Positions 38,236 to 50,770 of a stretch of DNA of 64,000 nucleotides are shown here, in pieces. The notes under the pieces were generated by a model. That model ran no database searches. It was not told where the DNA came from and was given only the letters and a program-made list of their open reading frames with translations. The stretch is from Mobula hypostoma. Its lineage: Eukaryota. The stretch covers positions 204,664,001 through 204,728,000 of the forward strand of contig NC_086100.1 of NCBI RefSeq assembly GCF_963921235.1, given 5' to 3'. The position numbers and the translations under genes were made by a program. How positions within the stretch are numbered: position 1 is the stretch's first letter; every line of letters starts with the position of its first letter.

Positions 38236-38995
38236 AGACAAACCAGACACAATCCAACACATTCCAGGATCCTGCAGCAGTTTAACTCAATCTGATTACT
38301 TACAAAGGTACAATCAAATGGCAAATGTCATTCAACAAAATATTGCTTTAAAATACAAACTCATGAATGCCCTCCAACACTTCACAAAGGCACCATAAAT
38401 TCAAGCCTGCTGCAGCTTTAGAGTCAAAATCTTACAAATTATATGATAATCAATACATTATTTCAGATAGAACAATCCATAATAACCATCTGGATATAAT
38501 ATTACAGGATAAACAAGCAGGAACAACTCCCTCAGTAGATAAAAACATACCCAACTCACTCATATTCCTCGACAAGTGGAGCACCTCACCACAGGTATTG
38601 TTTGTGTCATCAGTCAAACAACCAAAAGATTTTCTCTGTCAATCAGCTTCCAAATATTGCTATTCTGACATTTGTTGCCACACCCCGCTGCTGGTTCCCT
38701 TCTCCTCGACTTCTTCAGTCTGCACAAAATTCAAGGGAAACGTCTTCACCCACAGAGTGGTGACTGTTTGGAACCCATCATCACAGGGAGAGCGAGAGAT
38801 GAACAACAGGGGAGGATTTAAAAGGACTGTCATGGAACAGAATCACTGGCAGGGTCCAGCCGGCCTGAGTTGACTCTCTACTGTATACTAGTTGTGTTAT
38901 AATCTCACTAAGTACCAGAGACAGAGTTTAAAACAGAACTGATATATTTCTCTCAGATCTATAATATTAAACTCCAGTCTCATTAAAGGTGAATG
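38236..38995 (+). repeat. Local duplicate of ~35958-36210 + 37469-38232, lacking the RTE insertion
   Basis: Reads ...ggatataatattacaggataaacaagc... without interruption at ~38491-38520. Confidence 0.85.
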
Positions 38996-39188
38996 TGCAG
39001 CAGAAGAAACTCCTCCCATGCCCAGTGACCAGGGTGCAGAACTGGGTGTGGTGAGCAGCAGCAATAATTGCAGAGTTCAGCACCGACAGTCACTCTCGAA
39101 ATTGCATTCAGCACGGTGATGGACAAATATCCAGCATGCAGCTTATTGCAAGTTTCTCCCCAGTGTGAAACTTGTAGTGTGTCGTAAG

Positions 39189-39644
39189 TGTAACATGCTA
39201 TAAGGTTTCACTGCTCATGTAATGGCTCTCTGTAATGTTTCACTGCTGAGGTAATGGTTTCTCTGTAGCAGCAATGTTTAGATTACGGCTAGAGATAACA
39301 GGGTTTTGGAGTGCGAGGCTATCCAATGACAGAAATGTTCTTTCTTGTCAGCCTGGAAGACAGATTTTTGTGGTCTTTTGCTGGGGAGAGATGAGAAGAC
39401 GTGAATGGAGAGAATAGGCCCTTTTTCTTATATTTTTATTTTCCTTACTAACCCTATAGCCAAAGTAGGAATTCTAAATCTCAATCATTTAATCACATAT
39501 TGTGTACTGTTTGCTATTTCAGGGTACTGATCTGTAACAGGGGACACATCATGCAGCATCCACCCAAATGAGATTTCTTAAGTTTGGCCAGACTGGGGGA
39601 CTATCACCCCCTATATTAAGCTGCTAGCTGGATCCAGAGTTACA
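39189..39644. mobile_element. Solo LTR (456 bp)
   Basis: TGTAAC...GTTACA termini; 4-bp TSD taag (39185-39188 / 39645-39648). Confidence 0.85.
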
Positions 39645-39777
39645 TAAGATTTGATGACTGAGTAAATCGCTTCCCGCATTCATAGCAGGAGATCTCCCCA
39701 ATGTGAACTCAATGATGAATACTTGGTTGATTTGGCTGAGAGAACCTATTCCTAAAGTCTGAGCAGGCAAACAGCCT

Positions 39778-40899
39778 CTACCCAGTGTGAACTCGCTGGT
39801 GTCTCTGTAGTTGGGAGGACTGAGTGAACCCCTTCCCACACACTGAGCAGGTGAACGGCTTCTCCCCAGTGTGAATTCGCTGGTGTCTCTGTAGTAGAGA
39901 TGACCGAGTGAATCCCTTCCCACAGTCTGAGCAGGTGAACGGCCTCTCCCCAGTGTGAACTCGCTGATGTACCTTCAGTTGAGATGACGAAGTGAAGCCT
40001 TTCCCACAGACTGAGCAGGTGAATGGCCTCTCCCCAGTGTGAACTGACTGGTGTGCTTTTAGGTGGAATGACTGAGTGAATCCTTTCCCACAGTCTAAGC
40101 AGGTAAATGGCCTCTCCCCAGTGTGAACTCGCTGATGTATCTTCAGTTGAGATGATGATGTGAATCCCTTCCCACAGTCTGAGCAGGTGAACGGTCTCTC
40201 CCCAGTGTGAACAGACCAGTGCGCTTGTAGGTGGGATGACTGAGTGAAACCTTTCCCACACTCTGAGCAGGTGAATGGCCTCTCCCCAGTGTGAACTCGC
40301 TGATGTACCTTCAGTTTAGAGGAGCAAGTGAATCCCTTCCCACAGTCCGAGCAGGTGAACGGCTGCTCCTTAGTGTGAACTGACTGGTGTACCAGTAGGT
40401 CGGATGACCGAGTGAATCCTTTCCCACAGTCTGAGCAGGTGAACGGCCTCTCTCCAGTGTGAACTCGCTGATGTACTTTCAGTTTAGATAAGCAAGTGAA
40501 TCTCTTCCCACAGTCTGAGCAGGTGAACGGCCGCTCCCCGGTGTGAACTCTCTGATGTTCCTTCAGTTTAGATGACCGTGTGAATCCCTTCCCACAGTCT
40601 GAGCAGGTGAACGGCCTCTCTCCAGTGTGAACTCTCTGATGTTCCTTCAGTTTAGATGACTGCGTGAATCCCGTCCCACAGTCTGAGCAGGTGAATGGCC
40701 TCTCTCCAGTGTGAACTGTCTGGTGTGCCAGTAGGTCGGATGACCGAGTGAATCCCTTCCCGCAGTCTGAGCAGGTGAACGGTCTCTCCCCGGTGTGAAC
40801 TCGCTGATGTACCTTCAGTTTAGATGAGCAAGTGAATCCCTTCCCACAGTCCGAGCAGGTGAATGGCCTCTCCCCGGTGTGAACTCGCTGGTGAGCCAT
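39778..40899 (-). CDS. Tandem C2H2 zinc-finger protein, 13 fingers, no effector domain visible
   Basis: 373 aa of CxxCGKGFTxxSxLxxHQxVH fingers with TGERPF linkers. Splice acceptor ttttacAG at 41306-41307 upstream. Confidence 0.88.
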   Translation of the reverse strand: MAHQRVHTGERPFTCSDCGKGFTCSSKLKVHQRVHTGERPFTCSDCGKGFTRSSDLLAHQTVHTGERPFTCSDCGTGFTQSSKLKEHQRVHTGERPFTCSDCGKGFTRSSKLKEHQRVHTGERPFTCSDCGKRFTCLSKLKVHQRVHTGERPFTCSDCGKGFTRSSDLLVHQSVHTKEQPFTCSDCGKGFTCSSKLKVHQRVHTGERPFTCSECGKGFTQSSHLQAHWSVHTGERPFTCSDCGKGFTSSSQLKIHQRVHTGERPFTCLDCGKGFTQSFHLKAHQSVHTGERPFTCSVCGKGFTSSSQLKVHQRVHTGERPFTCSDCGKGFTRSSLLQRHQRIHTGEKPFTCSVCGKGFTQSSQLQRHQRVHTG

Positions 40900-41423
40900 T
40901 AGGTCAGATGACCCAGTGAATCCTTCCCCACAAATTCAGCAGATGACCAGCCTCTGCCCAGTGTGAACTGACTGGTGTATCTACAGGTGGGAAGACCGAC
41001 TGATTCCCTTCTCACACACAGAGCAGGTGAATGGCCTTGTCCAGTGTGAACTTGCTGATGTACCTTCAGTTGAGATGACCGAGTGAATGCATTCCCACTG
41101 TCTGAGCAGATGAATGGGTGTCTCCCTGTGTAAAATGACAGGCATGCCAGTCGGTCAGATGATCGAGTGAATCCTTCCCCACAGTCCGAGCAGGAGGATG
41201 ATCGACTGATTCCCTTGCTCCACTTCTCAAATATCTGGACAGAGACAGCAAAACTGGCGTGTTGTGTTCAAGATTCCCGTAGACAAATTCCTTGTCATTT
41301 TTAACCTGTAAAAAGATTTACAAAATCCATCAATGGGTGTAGGACAACATTTCAGATGAGATCACTTGAGTTGTCAAGGTGTGATCTGGCATCACAATGT
41401 TACAGTGAAGTTCAACCCAAGTT

Positions 41424-44400
41424 AACCATATAACCATATAACAATTATAGCACGGAAACAGGCCATCTCGACCCTTCTAGTCCGTGCCGAACTCTTACTC
41501 TCACCTAGTCCCACCGACCTGCACTCAGCCCATAACCCTCCATTCCTTTCCTGTCCATATATCTATCCAATTTAACTTTAAACAACAACATCGAACCTGC
41601 CTCAACCACTTCTGCTGGAAGCTCGTTCCACACAGCTACCACTCTCTGAGTAAAGAAGTTCCCCCTCATGTTACCCCTAAACTTTTGCCCTTTAACTCTC
41701 AACTCATGTCCTCTTGTTTGAATCTTCCCCACTCTCAATGGAAAAAGCCTACCCACGTCAACTCTATCAATCCCCCTCATAATTTTAAACACCTCTATCA
41801 AGTCCCCCCTCAACCTTCTACACTCCAAAGAATAAAGACCTAACTTGTTCCACCTTTCTCTGTAACTTAGGAGATGAAACCCAGGCAACATTTTAGTAAA
41901 TCTCCTCTGTACTCTCTCAATTTTATTGACAGCTTTCCTATAATTCGGTGACGAGAACCATAGAAACTACAGCACAGAAACAGGCCTTTTGGCCCTTCTT
42001 GGCTGTGCCGAACCATTTTCTGCCTAGTCCCACTGACCTGCACACGGACCATATCACTCCATACACCTCCCATCCATGTATTGTCCAATTTATTATTAAA
42101 TTTTAAAAAAGAACCCGCATTTACCACCTCGTCTGGCAGCTCATTCCATACTCCCACCACCCTCTGTGTGAAGAAGCCCCCCCAATGTTCCCTTTAAACT
42201 TTTCCCCCCTCACCCTTAACCCATGTCTTCTGGTTTTTTTCTCCCCTTGCCTCAGTGGAAAAAGCCTGCTTGCATTCACTCTATCTATACCCATCATAAT
42301 TTTATATACCTCTATCAAATCTCCCCTCATTCTTCTACGCTCCAGGGAATAAAGTCCTAACCTATTCAACCTTTCTCTGTAACTGAGTTTCTCAAGTCCT
42401 GGCAACATCCTTGTAAACCTTCTCTGCACTCTTTCAACCTTATTTATATCCTTCCTATAATTTGGTGACCAAAACTGAACACAATATTCCAGATTCGGCC
42501 TCACCAATGCCTTATACAACCTCATCATAACATTCCAGCTCTTATACTCAATACTTTGATTAATAAAGGCCAATGTACCAAAAGCTCTCTTTACGACCCT
42601 ATCTACCTGTGACGCCACTTTTAGGGAATTTTGTATCTGTATTCCCAGATCCCTCTGTTCTACTGCACTCCTCAGTGCCTTACCATTAACCCTGTATGCT
42701 CTACCTTGGTTTGTCCTTCCAATGTGCAATACCTCACACTTGTCTGTATTAAACTCCATCTGCCATTTATCAGCCCATTTTCCCAGCTGGTTCAAGTCCC
42801 TCTGCAGGGTCTGAAAACCTTCCTCACTGTCTACTACACCTCCAATCTTTGTATCATCAGCAAATTTGCTGATCCAATTTACCTCATTATCATCCAGATC
42901 ATTGATATAGATGACAAATAGCAATGGACCCAGCACTGATCCCTGTGGCACACCACTAGTCACATAATACTCCATAACTGTACATAATACTCCAAATTTG
43001 GCCTTACCAATGCCTTATATAATTTCAACATTACATCCCAACTCTTGTACTCAATGCTCTGATTAATAAAGGCCAGCATACCAAAAGCTTTCTTCACCAC
43101 CCTATCCACATGAGATTCCACCTTCAGGGAACTATGCACCATTAGTCCTAGATCCCTCTGTTCTATAGCATTCTTCAATGCCCTACCATTTACCATGTAT
43201 GTCCTATTTTGATTAGTCTTACCAAAATGCAGCATCTCACATTTTTCAGCATTAAGCTCCATCTGCCATCTTTCAGCCCACTCTTCTAACTGGCCTAAAT
43301 CTCTCTGCAAGCTTTGAAAACTACTTCATTTTCCACAACGCCACTTATCTTCGTATCATCTGCATACTTACTAATCCAATTTACCACCCGATCATCCAGA
43401 TCATTAATATATATGACAAACAACACTGGACCCAGTACAGATCCCTGAGGCACACCGCTACACACCGTCCTCCAATCTGCCACACAGTTATCCACCACTA
43501 CTCTCTGGTGTCTCCCATCCAGCCACTGCTGAATCCATTTTACTACTTCGATATTAATGCCTAACGATTGAACCTTTCTAACTAATCTTTCCACGTGGAA
43601 CCTTGTCAAAGGCCTTACTGAAGTCCATATAGAAAACACCCACCGCTTTACCCTCGTCAACTTTCCTCGTAACCTCATCAAAAAATTCAATGAGATTTGT
43701 CAAACATGACCTTCCACACACAAATCCATGTTGACTGTTCCTAATCAGACCCTGTCTATCCAGATAATTATATATACCATCTGTAAGAATACTTTCCATC
43801 AATTTACCCACCACTGACGTCAAACTCACAGGCCGATAATTGCTAGGTTTACTCTTAGAACCCTTTTTAAAAAAAGGAACAATATGAGCAATACGCCAAT
43901 CCTCCGGCACCACCCCCGTTTCTAATGACATTTGAAATATTTCTGTCAGAGCCCCTGCTATTTCCACACTAACCTCCCTCAATGTCCTAGGGAATATCTT
44001 GTCTGGATCCGGAGACTTATCCACTTTTATATTCCTTAACAGCGCCAGTAGTTCCTCTTCTTTAATCATCATACTTTCCATAACTACCCTACCTGTTTCC
44101 CTTACCTTACACAATTCAATATCCTTCTCCTTAGTGAATACCGAAGAAAAGAAATTGTTCAAAATCTCCCCCATCTCTTTTGGCTCCACACATAGCCGTC
44201 CACTCTGATTCTCTAAGGGACCAATTTTATCCCTCACTATCCTTTTGCTATTAATATAACTGTAGAAACCCTTTGGATTTATTTTCACCGTACTTGCCAA
44301 AGCAACCTCGTATCTTCTTTTAGCTTTTCTAACTTCTTTCTTAAGATTCTTTTTACATTCTTTATATTCCTCGAGCATCTCATTAACTCCAAGCTGCCTA

Positions 44401-45251
44401 TATTTATTGTAGATCCCTCTCTTTTTCCGAACCAAGTTTCCTATACCCCTTGAAAAACATGGCTCTCTCAAACTTTTAACCTTTCCTTTCAACCTAACAG
44501 GAACATAAAGATCCTGTACCCTCAAAACTTCAGCTTAAAATGACCTCCATTTCTCTATTACATCCTTCCCATAAAACAAATTGTCCCAATCCACTCCTTC
44601 CAAATCCTTTCGCACCTCCTCCAAGTTAGCCTTTCTCCAATCAAAAATCTCAACCCTGGGTCCAGTCCTATCCTTCTCCATAATTATATTGAAACTAATG
44701 GTATTCTGATCACTGGACCCGAAGTGCTCCCCAACACAAACCTCCGTCACCTGCCCCATCTCATTCCCTAACAGGAGATCCAACACTGCCCCTTCTCTAG
44801 TTGGTACCTCTATGTATTGCTGCAAAAAACTATCTTGCACACATTTGACAAACTCCACACCTCCAGCCCTTTTACAGAATGGGCTTCCCAGTCTATGAAT
44901 GGAAAATTAAAATCTCCCACAATCACAACCTTGTGCTTACTACAAATGTCTGCTATCTCCTTACAAATTTGCTCCTCCAGTTCTCGGTCCCATTAGATGG
45001 TCTAGAATACACCCCTATAAGCATCACTACACCTTTCCTATTCCTCAGTTCCACCCAAATAGCCTTCCTAGACGAGTCCACTAATCTATCCTGCCAGAGC
45101 ATCACTGTTATATTTTCTCTGACCAGCAATGCAACACCTCCCCTCTTGGCCCTCCTATTCTATCACACCTGAAGCTATGAAATTCCGGAATCTTTAGCTG
45201 CCAATCACACCCCTCAATTCCACCCAAATAGCCTCCCTAGACAAGCCCACT
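41424..45251 (-). mobile_element. CR1 family F in the ZNF intron, with nested family E at ~41953-42963
   Basis: APE/RT ORFs 41505-44858; tail (aaccatat)n; possible short TSD aagtt (41419 / 45252). Confidence 0.88.
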
Positions 45252-45685
45252 AAGTTGGAGAGAGAAATCATCTTCTAACTGGGCACAGTGCTGGTGTCTG
45301 GAATGATCATCAAATTCTCTGATGCTCGTCCTGTCTCTATAAGAACGGGGCATTTCTGCCGTCTCCAATCTGTGACCTGGCTCAGTTTGATCTCTCCATT
45401 GGTATTATTCACTGTTCTCACTGAGCTGCAGGGGTTCCTGGCCCCACAGTAAGTGAAACACTCTCACACAAATAGCCGGCAGTGTATTCCACGCACCCAC
45501 CACTCTCTGTGTAAAAACCCTACCCCTGACATCCCCTCGGTATCTATCTCCAAGCACCTTAAAACTATGCCTCCTCATGTTAGCCATCTCAGCCCAGGTA
45601 GAAAACCTCTGGATATCCACACGATCAATGCCCCTCATCATCTTATACACCAAAAAAGGCTCAAAACACAAACAAGGAAATTATA

Positions 45686-45905
45686 ACAACAGGAATTCTG
45701 CAGATGCTGGAAATTCAAGCAACATACATCAAAGTTGCTGGTGAACGCAGCAGGCCAAGCAGCATCTATAGGAAGAGGCGCAGTTGACGTTTCAGGCCGA
45801 GACCCTTCGTCCTGACGAAGGGTCTCGGCCTGAAACGTCAACTGCGCCTCTTCCTATAGATGCTGCTTGGCCTGCTGCGTTCACCAGCAACTTTGATGTA
45901 TGTTG
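45686..45905. mobile_element. Miniature palindromic Penelope-derived insertion
   Basis: Perfect 93-bp arms (45719-45811 / 45814-45906) with a 2-nt spacer; 13-bp TSD caaggaaattata (45673-45685 / 45906-45918). Confidence 0.92.
45808..45843 (+). ncRNA. Hammerhead ribozyme core at the palindrome centre
   Basis: CTGACGA-agggtctcggcct-GAAAC-GTC; stem I imperfect. Confidence 0.6.
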
Positions 45906-46869
45906 CAAGGAAATTATACATTGCTTTGAGGATTTGTTAGAAGTATACAAAATTATAAGGGTATAGATAGGGTAAATGCAAGCAGCTTTTTCCACTGAGA
46001 TTGGGTGGGATGACTACCAGAGATCACGGGTAAGTGGGGAAGGTGAAAATTTAACGGGAACATTTGGAAAAGCTCTTTACTGAAATGGTCGTGAGAGTGT
46101 GGAATGAGATGCCAGCACAAGTGGTGACAGTGAGCTCGGTTTCACCATTTAAAAGAAGCTAGGATGGGGGCCTGGATGGTAGGGGTATGGAGGGTAATGG
46201 TCCCAGTGCATGTAGTTGTATTAGATAGCTTAAATGTTTTTTCAGCATTGATAGATGGGCCAAATAGCCTGTTTCTGTACTGAGCTTCTCGACGTTTCTA
46301 TGACTGAGAAGCTGGCCAAACTTGTTTGGAAGGGAAAACTGGGAGGAGTGACAATGGAACAACATTGGCTGGAGTTTCTGGAAGGAATTCGGGAGGTGAG
46401 TGATAGATAAATAAGTGGAAGCATTGGAAAGGCAGGACACAACCATGGCTGAAATGAAAAGCCAAAGCCAACATAAAAGCCAAAGAGAGGGCAAACCATA
46501 GAGGAAATTATTGGGAAGTTTTCAAAAGCCAACAGAAGACAACTGAACAAAGTCGGGTGATCTCAGGGCGTGGAATTATGATATTGTAGTCATTAATAAG
46601 TCTTTGTCACACCCACCAGTCTGAGGTATTTAGAGGAACAAAATATCCGGGGCCTCAGTATCTCCTGAAAACCAAGGCTCCCTGTACCAGTTACCATTCA
46701 ACTTTTATTTTGGCAAGCACATACAAACTCTACACTCTCAAAACAGGGACACTGGAGGTCTCCCCACCTTCCCACAATGACCGGTATGCACAGAAATATT
46801 GTGCTGTGCAATTTTGACCCAGTGACAACAACATGTGCATACTGAATTTTATATGGAGAGGTATTCATT

Positions 46870-47160
46870 TAACAGCTAGCAAATCACTGTCAATAAGAAC
46901 TTTGATCTCCTCTGGGTTTGATCGAGTTCATCTGCAGTCTCACACAACCTATGTAGCAGGCCTATAGCGGATAATGCAGGATTTTCTCGCCAGAGCTTTT
47001 GCACATTGTCCACAGGTGATTTACTTGCTAAATGATGCTTTAAAACGTCATATTTCCAAGTATCACGCCACTTCCTCCCACTTGCAAATTCTCCAGCAAC
47101 TTTTGCATCACCACAATACACACAGGTAACACCAGTTTCTGTATTGGACATAAACATTTC
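46870..47160 (-). mobile_element. Possible hAT-like transposase N-terminal remnant
   Basis: VTCVYC....GEFASGRKW...WKYDVLKHHLASKS zinc-finger-like motif; no termini identified. Confidence 0.4.
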
Positions 47161-47389
47161 CCCTGAACCCTCCCCCAGGTGACTGACGGTGGTGAACTCA
47201 TTGATGGCAATGCCAATGAATATGAAGGGAAGGGCAGTAGTCTGTCTCACTGGAGTCTGGCACGTTTGTGACGTGAAAGTTACTTGTTGCCCAGGCCAAA
47301 GGTGTTTGATATCACTATGCACCCAGAGAGAATGGGTCAAAACATGTCCTCACGGGTAGAAAGGTCCGGAACAAGTGGAGGTAGAACAA

Positions 47390-47528
47390 GCAACACACAC
47401 AAAATGCTAGAGGAACTCAGCAGGCCAGGCAGCATCTATGAAAAAGAGTACTAATGGCTGAGTTCCTCCGGCATTTTGTGTGTGTTGCTTGGATTTCCAA
47501 AATCTGTAGATTTTCTCTTGTTTGTGAC
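47390..47528. mobile_element. Second miniature inverted Penelope-derived insertion
   Basis: Arms gcaacacacacaaaatgctagaggaactcagc / gctgagttcctccggcattttgtgtgtgttgc; 14-bp TSD tggaggt(a/g)gaacaa (47376-47389 / 47529-47542). Confidence 0.8.
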
Positions 47529-47787
47529 TGGAGGTGGAACAAAGGTGATTTTCTCAACAGCTGATGTAAAATACTTTGTTCCCTTTCTCCGAGTTCCCAA
47601 TCCTTGCATTTAGACAGCTGGAGCTCAGCTCTGTATGAGAGATCCATCGGTTCCCATTCCCTCATCAGCCGGAAGCTCCCCGGGGCTGAGAGAGAGGGAA
47701 GAGAACAGGATTGTCCCGGGATTGCGGGCCACAGTGTCCGAAGCGCACAGTAATTGTCCCGAAGTCGGTGTTTAAATCTGCTCTTAC

Positions 47788-47910
47788 CTGTAGTGCTTCT
47801 CTCGAGGCCTTTAGAGTACTGCGCGCATGCGCGATATTCGGGACCGGCCGAAGTCTGACGCATGCGCATTTGATCGGAGCTTCGGCGACGGCGAAAATTG
47901 TCACGCAGAG
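47788..47910 (-). promoter_or_regulatory. Putative ZNF promoter and non-coding first exon
   Basis: CpG-rich; NRF1-like GCGCATGCGC (~47823) and CGCATGCGCA (~47859); donor CAG|GTAAG on minus at 47788/47787. Confidence 0.6.
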
Positions 47911-49079
47911 CTCTCTGGGTAATCACGGTGCCATTAAAAGTTTCTGCAAGCACAGGTTCTGTGTCCATACCTCAGTTTTTTTCTGTGTCGCAAACTCAGC
48001 AGCTCTTTTAACGCAGAAAGCAGCTCCCATAAATAATACACTTAATATCAGCAAACTTTCCACGTGTCTAGTATCAAAGTAGAACCTTCTTAAGCAAATA
48101 TATAACACAAGATGCAGATATAAAACACAAGAGATTCTGCTGTTGCTGGAAATGTGGACACACACACAAAATGCTGGAGGAACTCTGCAGTTCAGGAAGC
48201 AGCTAAGCGGAGGAGTACATGCTGAAGGGGCTCGTCCTAAATGTTGTCTACTTATTCCTCTTCACATTTGCTGCCTGATCTGTTGACTTCCGCCAGTATT
48301 TTGCTGAAATTAACCACCATTTTTTTTTCGATCAACCAGTTTCCAAATGTTTTTGATCTTTCATTTGTAGCCACATCCTGGTGGTCTGATTTCTCTTCTT
48401 CTTCCTCCTCCTAAGCTGTAAGTCCCATTTTTTTTTTCTGGAGCCCCGAAGCCCTGATTGATGCTGGCAACTCTGGGTTCTGACTCTGCTCCATCGAAGA
48501 TTCACTTGCTAGTCTGCTGTCAGACTTTGGAGGCGCATTGCAACAACCCAGCTGTTTGAGGCACAGTCCTTTGAAATTGGTGAAAATGACCCAAAACGTT
48601 GAAAAGTGCAGGGAAGGAGTTTAACCACTTTAGTCCGGAGCCCTGGGGAAAGTCAAAATCACAGTGAGCTCATCGTCTTATTCAGTCTGGAGAAAATCAT
48701 GCAAGAAATTCATCAGGTGTATAAGCTGATGAGAGACATTGATCCTGTGGAGAGCCAGAGGCTTTTTCCCAGTACGGAAATGGCTAACACGAGGGGCGTG
48801 GTTTTAAGGTGTTTAGATGTAGTTGCAAGGGAGATGTCAGAGGTAAGTTTTTTACACAAAGAGTGGTGGGTGTGCGGAATGCACTGCCGGTGACAGTGGT
48901 GGAGGCCAATATAAATAAGGTATCTTGAGAGATTCTTAGATTGATACACGGAGCCCAGAAAAAATAGAGGGCTATGCGGTAGGGTAATTCTAGGCAGTTT
49001 CTAGAGTAGGTTACATGATTGGCACAACATTGTGGGCCGAAGGGCCTGTAATGTGTTGTAGATTAATATGATTCTATGA

Positions 49080-50770
49080 AATTCAAGGGAAGTATTTAAA
49101 TCTTTTCTCCGACGGGGTGGTGACTAGTTCCAACCTGTCATCACAGGGAGAGTGAGAGGAGAACGGCAGGGATAGGTTTTAAACTACTGATACGGAACAG
49201 AAACATGGGCGGGGGTAGATGGACTGAGTGGCCTGTCTAGTGTACATTGTAAGTGTGGTAAAGACAGTAAGTACCTGAAACACGGGATTTGATATAGAAC
49301 TGATTTATTTTCCACAGATTCACAATATTAAACACCAGTGTAGTTTTAGGCTAACATCAGCAGAACAGACTCCTCCAATGCTCAGTGACTAGGGATCAGT
49401 CCTGGGTGCGATGAGCAGCCACAAGAACTGCAGAGTCTGACAGTAACAGTCCCTCATGAGCCTGCAGCTGTCTTCAGTCACCGTGATGGTTAAACATTTA
49501 ACACAGAGCTGATTTGAACTTCCTCCCTGATGTGAAGTTGCTGGTGTTGCCGCAGCGGGGATGATTGAGTAAAACTCCTTGCTCACTTCGAACAGAAATG
49601 TGGCCTCTATTTATTGTGAACTCACCGGAGCATCACAAGGTGGATTAACTGAATGAGTCTCTTCGCACACACACAGCAGGTGAACGGCCGCTTCCCAGTG
49701 CGAAGCTATTGGTGTATCTGCGATGGCCGACTGAATCCCTTCCAAAATGAGAGCCGGTGAATGACATCTCACTGCTATCAACACCATGGCAATGTATCCA
49801 GTCAGATCACGGACTTGGACACGTGTTCGGGCTCTCCTTGTAGCGAGTGGGGCGCTGTCCTCTCCAGCATTCTCCAGACATCTTTGCCATAGAGGGAGTA
49901 CAAAGAAGGTTCACCAGATTGATTCCTGGGATGGCAGGTCTTTCATATGAAGAAAGACTGGATGAACTGGGCTTGTACTCGTTGGAATTTAGAAGACTGA
50001 GGGGGGATCTGATTGAAACGTATAAGATCCTAAAGGGATTGGACAGGCTAGATGCGGGAAGATTGTTCCCGATGTTGGGGAGGTCCAGAACGAGGGGTCA
50101 CAGTTTGAGGATAGAGGGGAAGCCTTTTAGGACCGAGATTAGGAAAAACTTCTTCACACAGAGAGTGGTGAATCTGTGGAATTCTCTGCCACAGCAAACT
50201 GTTGAGGCCAGTTCATTGGCTATGTTTAAGAGGGAGTTAGATATGGCCCTTGTGGCTACAGGGGTCAGGGGGTATGGAGGGAAGGCTGGGTTCTGAGTTG
50301 GATGATCAGCCATGATCATAATAAATGGCGGTGCAGGCTCGAAGGGCCGAATGGCCTACTCCTGCACCTATTTTCTATGTTTCTATGTTTCTATGTTTCT
50401 ATTCCCGCCTCCACATTCAAGGATCGGCGGCATTCAAGCGCTGGTGAACTGACAGATACAGCAGAACTAAGGTGCTGTTGTGTTTGAGAGCCCCATACTC
50501 AAATCCTTTGCATCTTCTACACCGTTAAAGGATTACAAGCATGTCAGTGGGTGAAGGACAACATTTCAACTCAGACAATTTTAGTTTCCATGGTGCCTTC
50601 TGATAAAAACACTGTCACAGCTCAAAACTATTTGGAGGAACAAGACTTCATCTTCTAACTGGCTACAGTTCCGGCATCAGGCACAATATCAAACTCTCTG
50701 CTTCCCTCTCTGTATCAAAATGGATCCTTCCTCCTCTTCATCAGTCTGTGACTTGGCTCAGTTTGTTTGT
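49080..50770 (-). pseudogene. Decayed paralogous C2H2 ZNF locus
   Basis: Finger-linker remnants (caggtgaacggccgcttcccagtg); 3' region resembles 38730-39160; intron-like sequence resembles 41330-41420 and 45250-45400. Confidence 0.65.
49868..50399 (+). mobile_element. Short 5'-truncated CR1 family B
   Basis: Near-identical to 5940-6462; (ttctatgt)n tail. Confidence 0.92.

Noticed and set aside
39752..40261. Alternative-frame ORF with SHWGEA repeats
   Set aside because: Shadow frame of the zinc-finger array.
47417..48082. ORFs of 183 and 123 aa over the CpG-rich region
   Set aside because: No recognisable domain; better explained as promoter/first exon plus repeat fragments.
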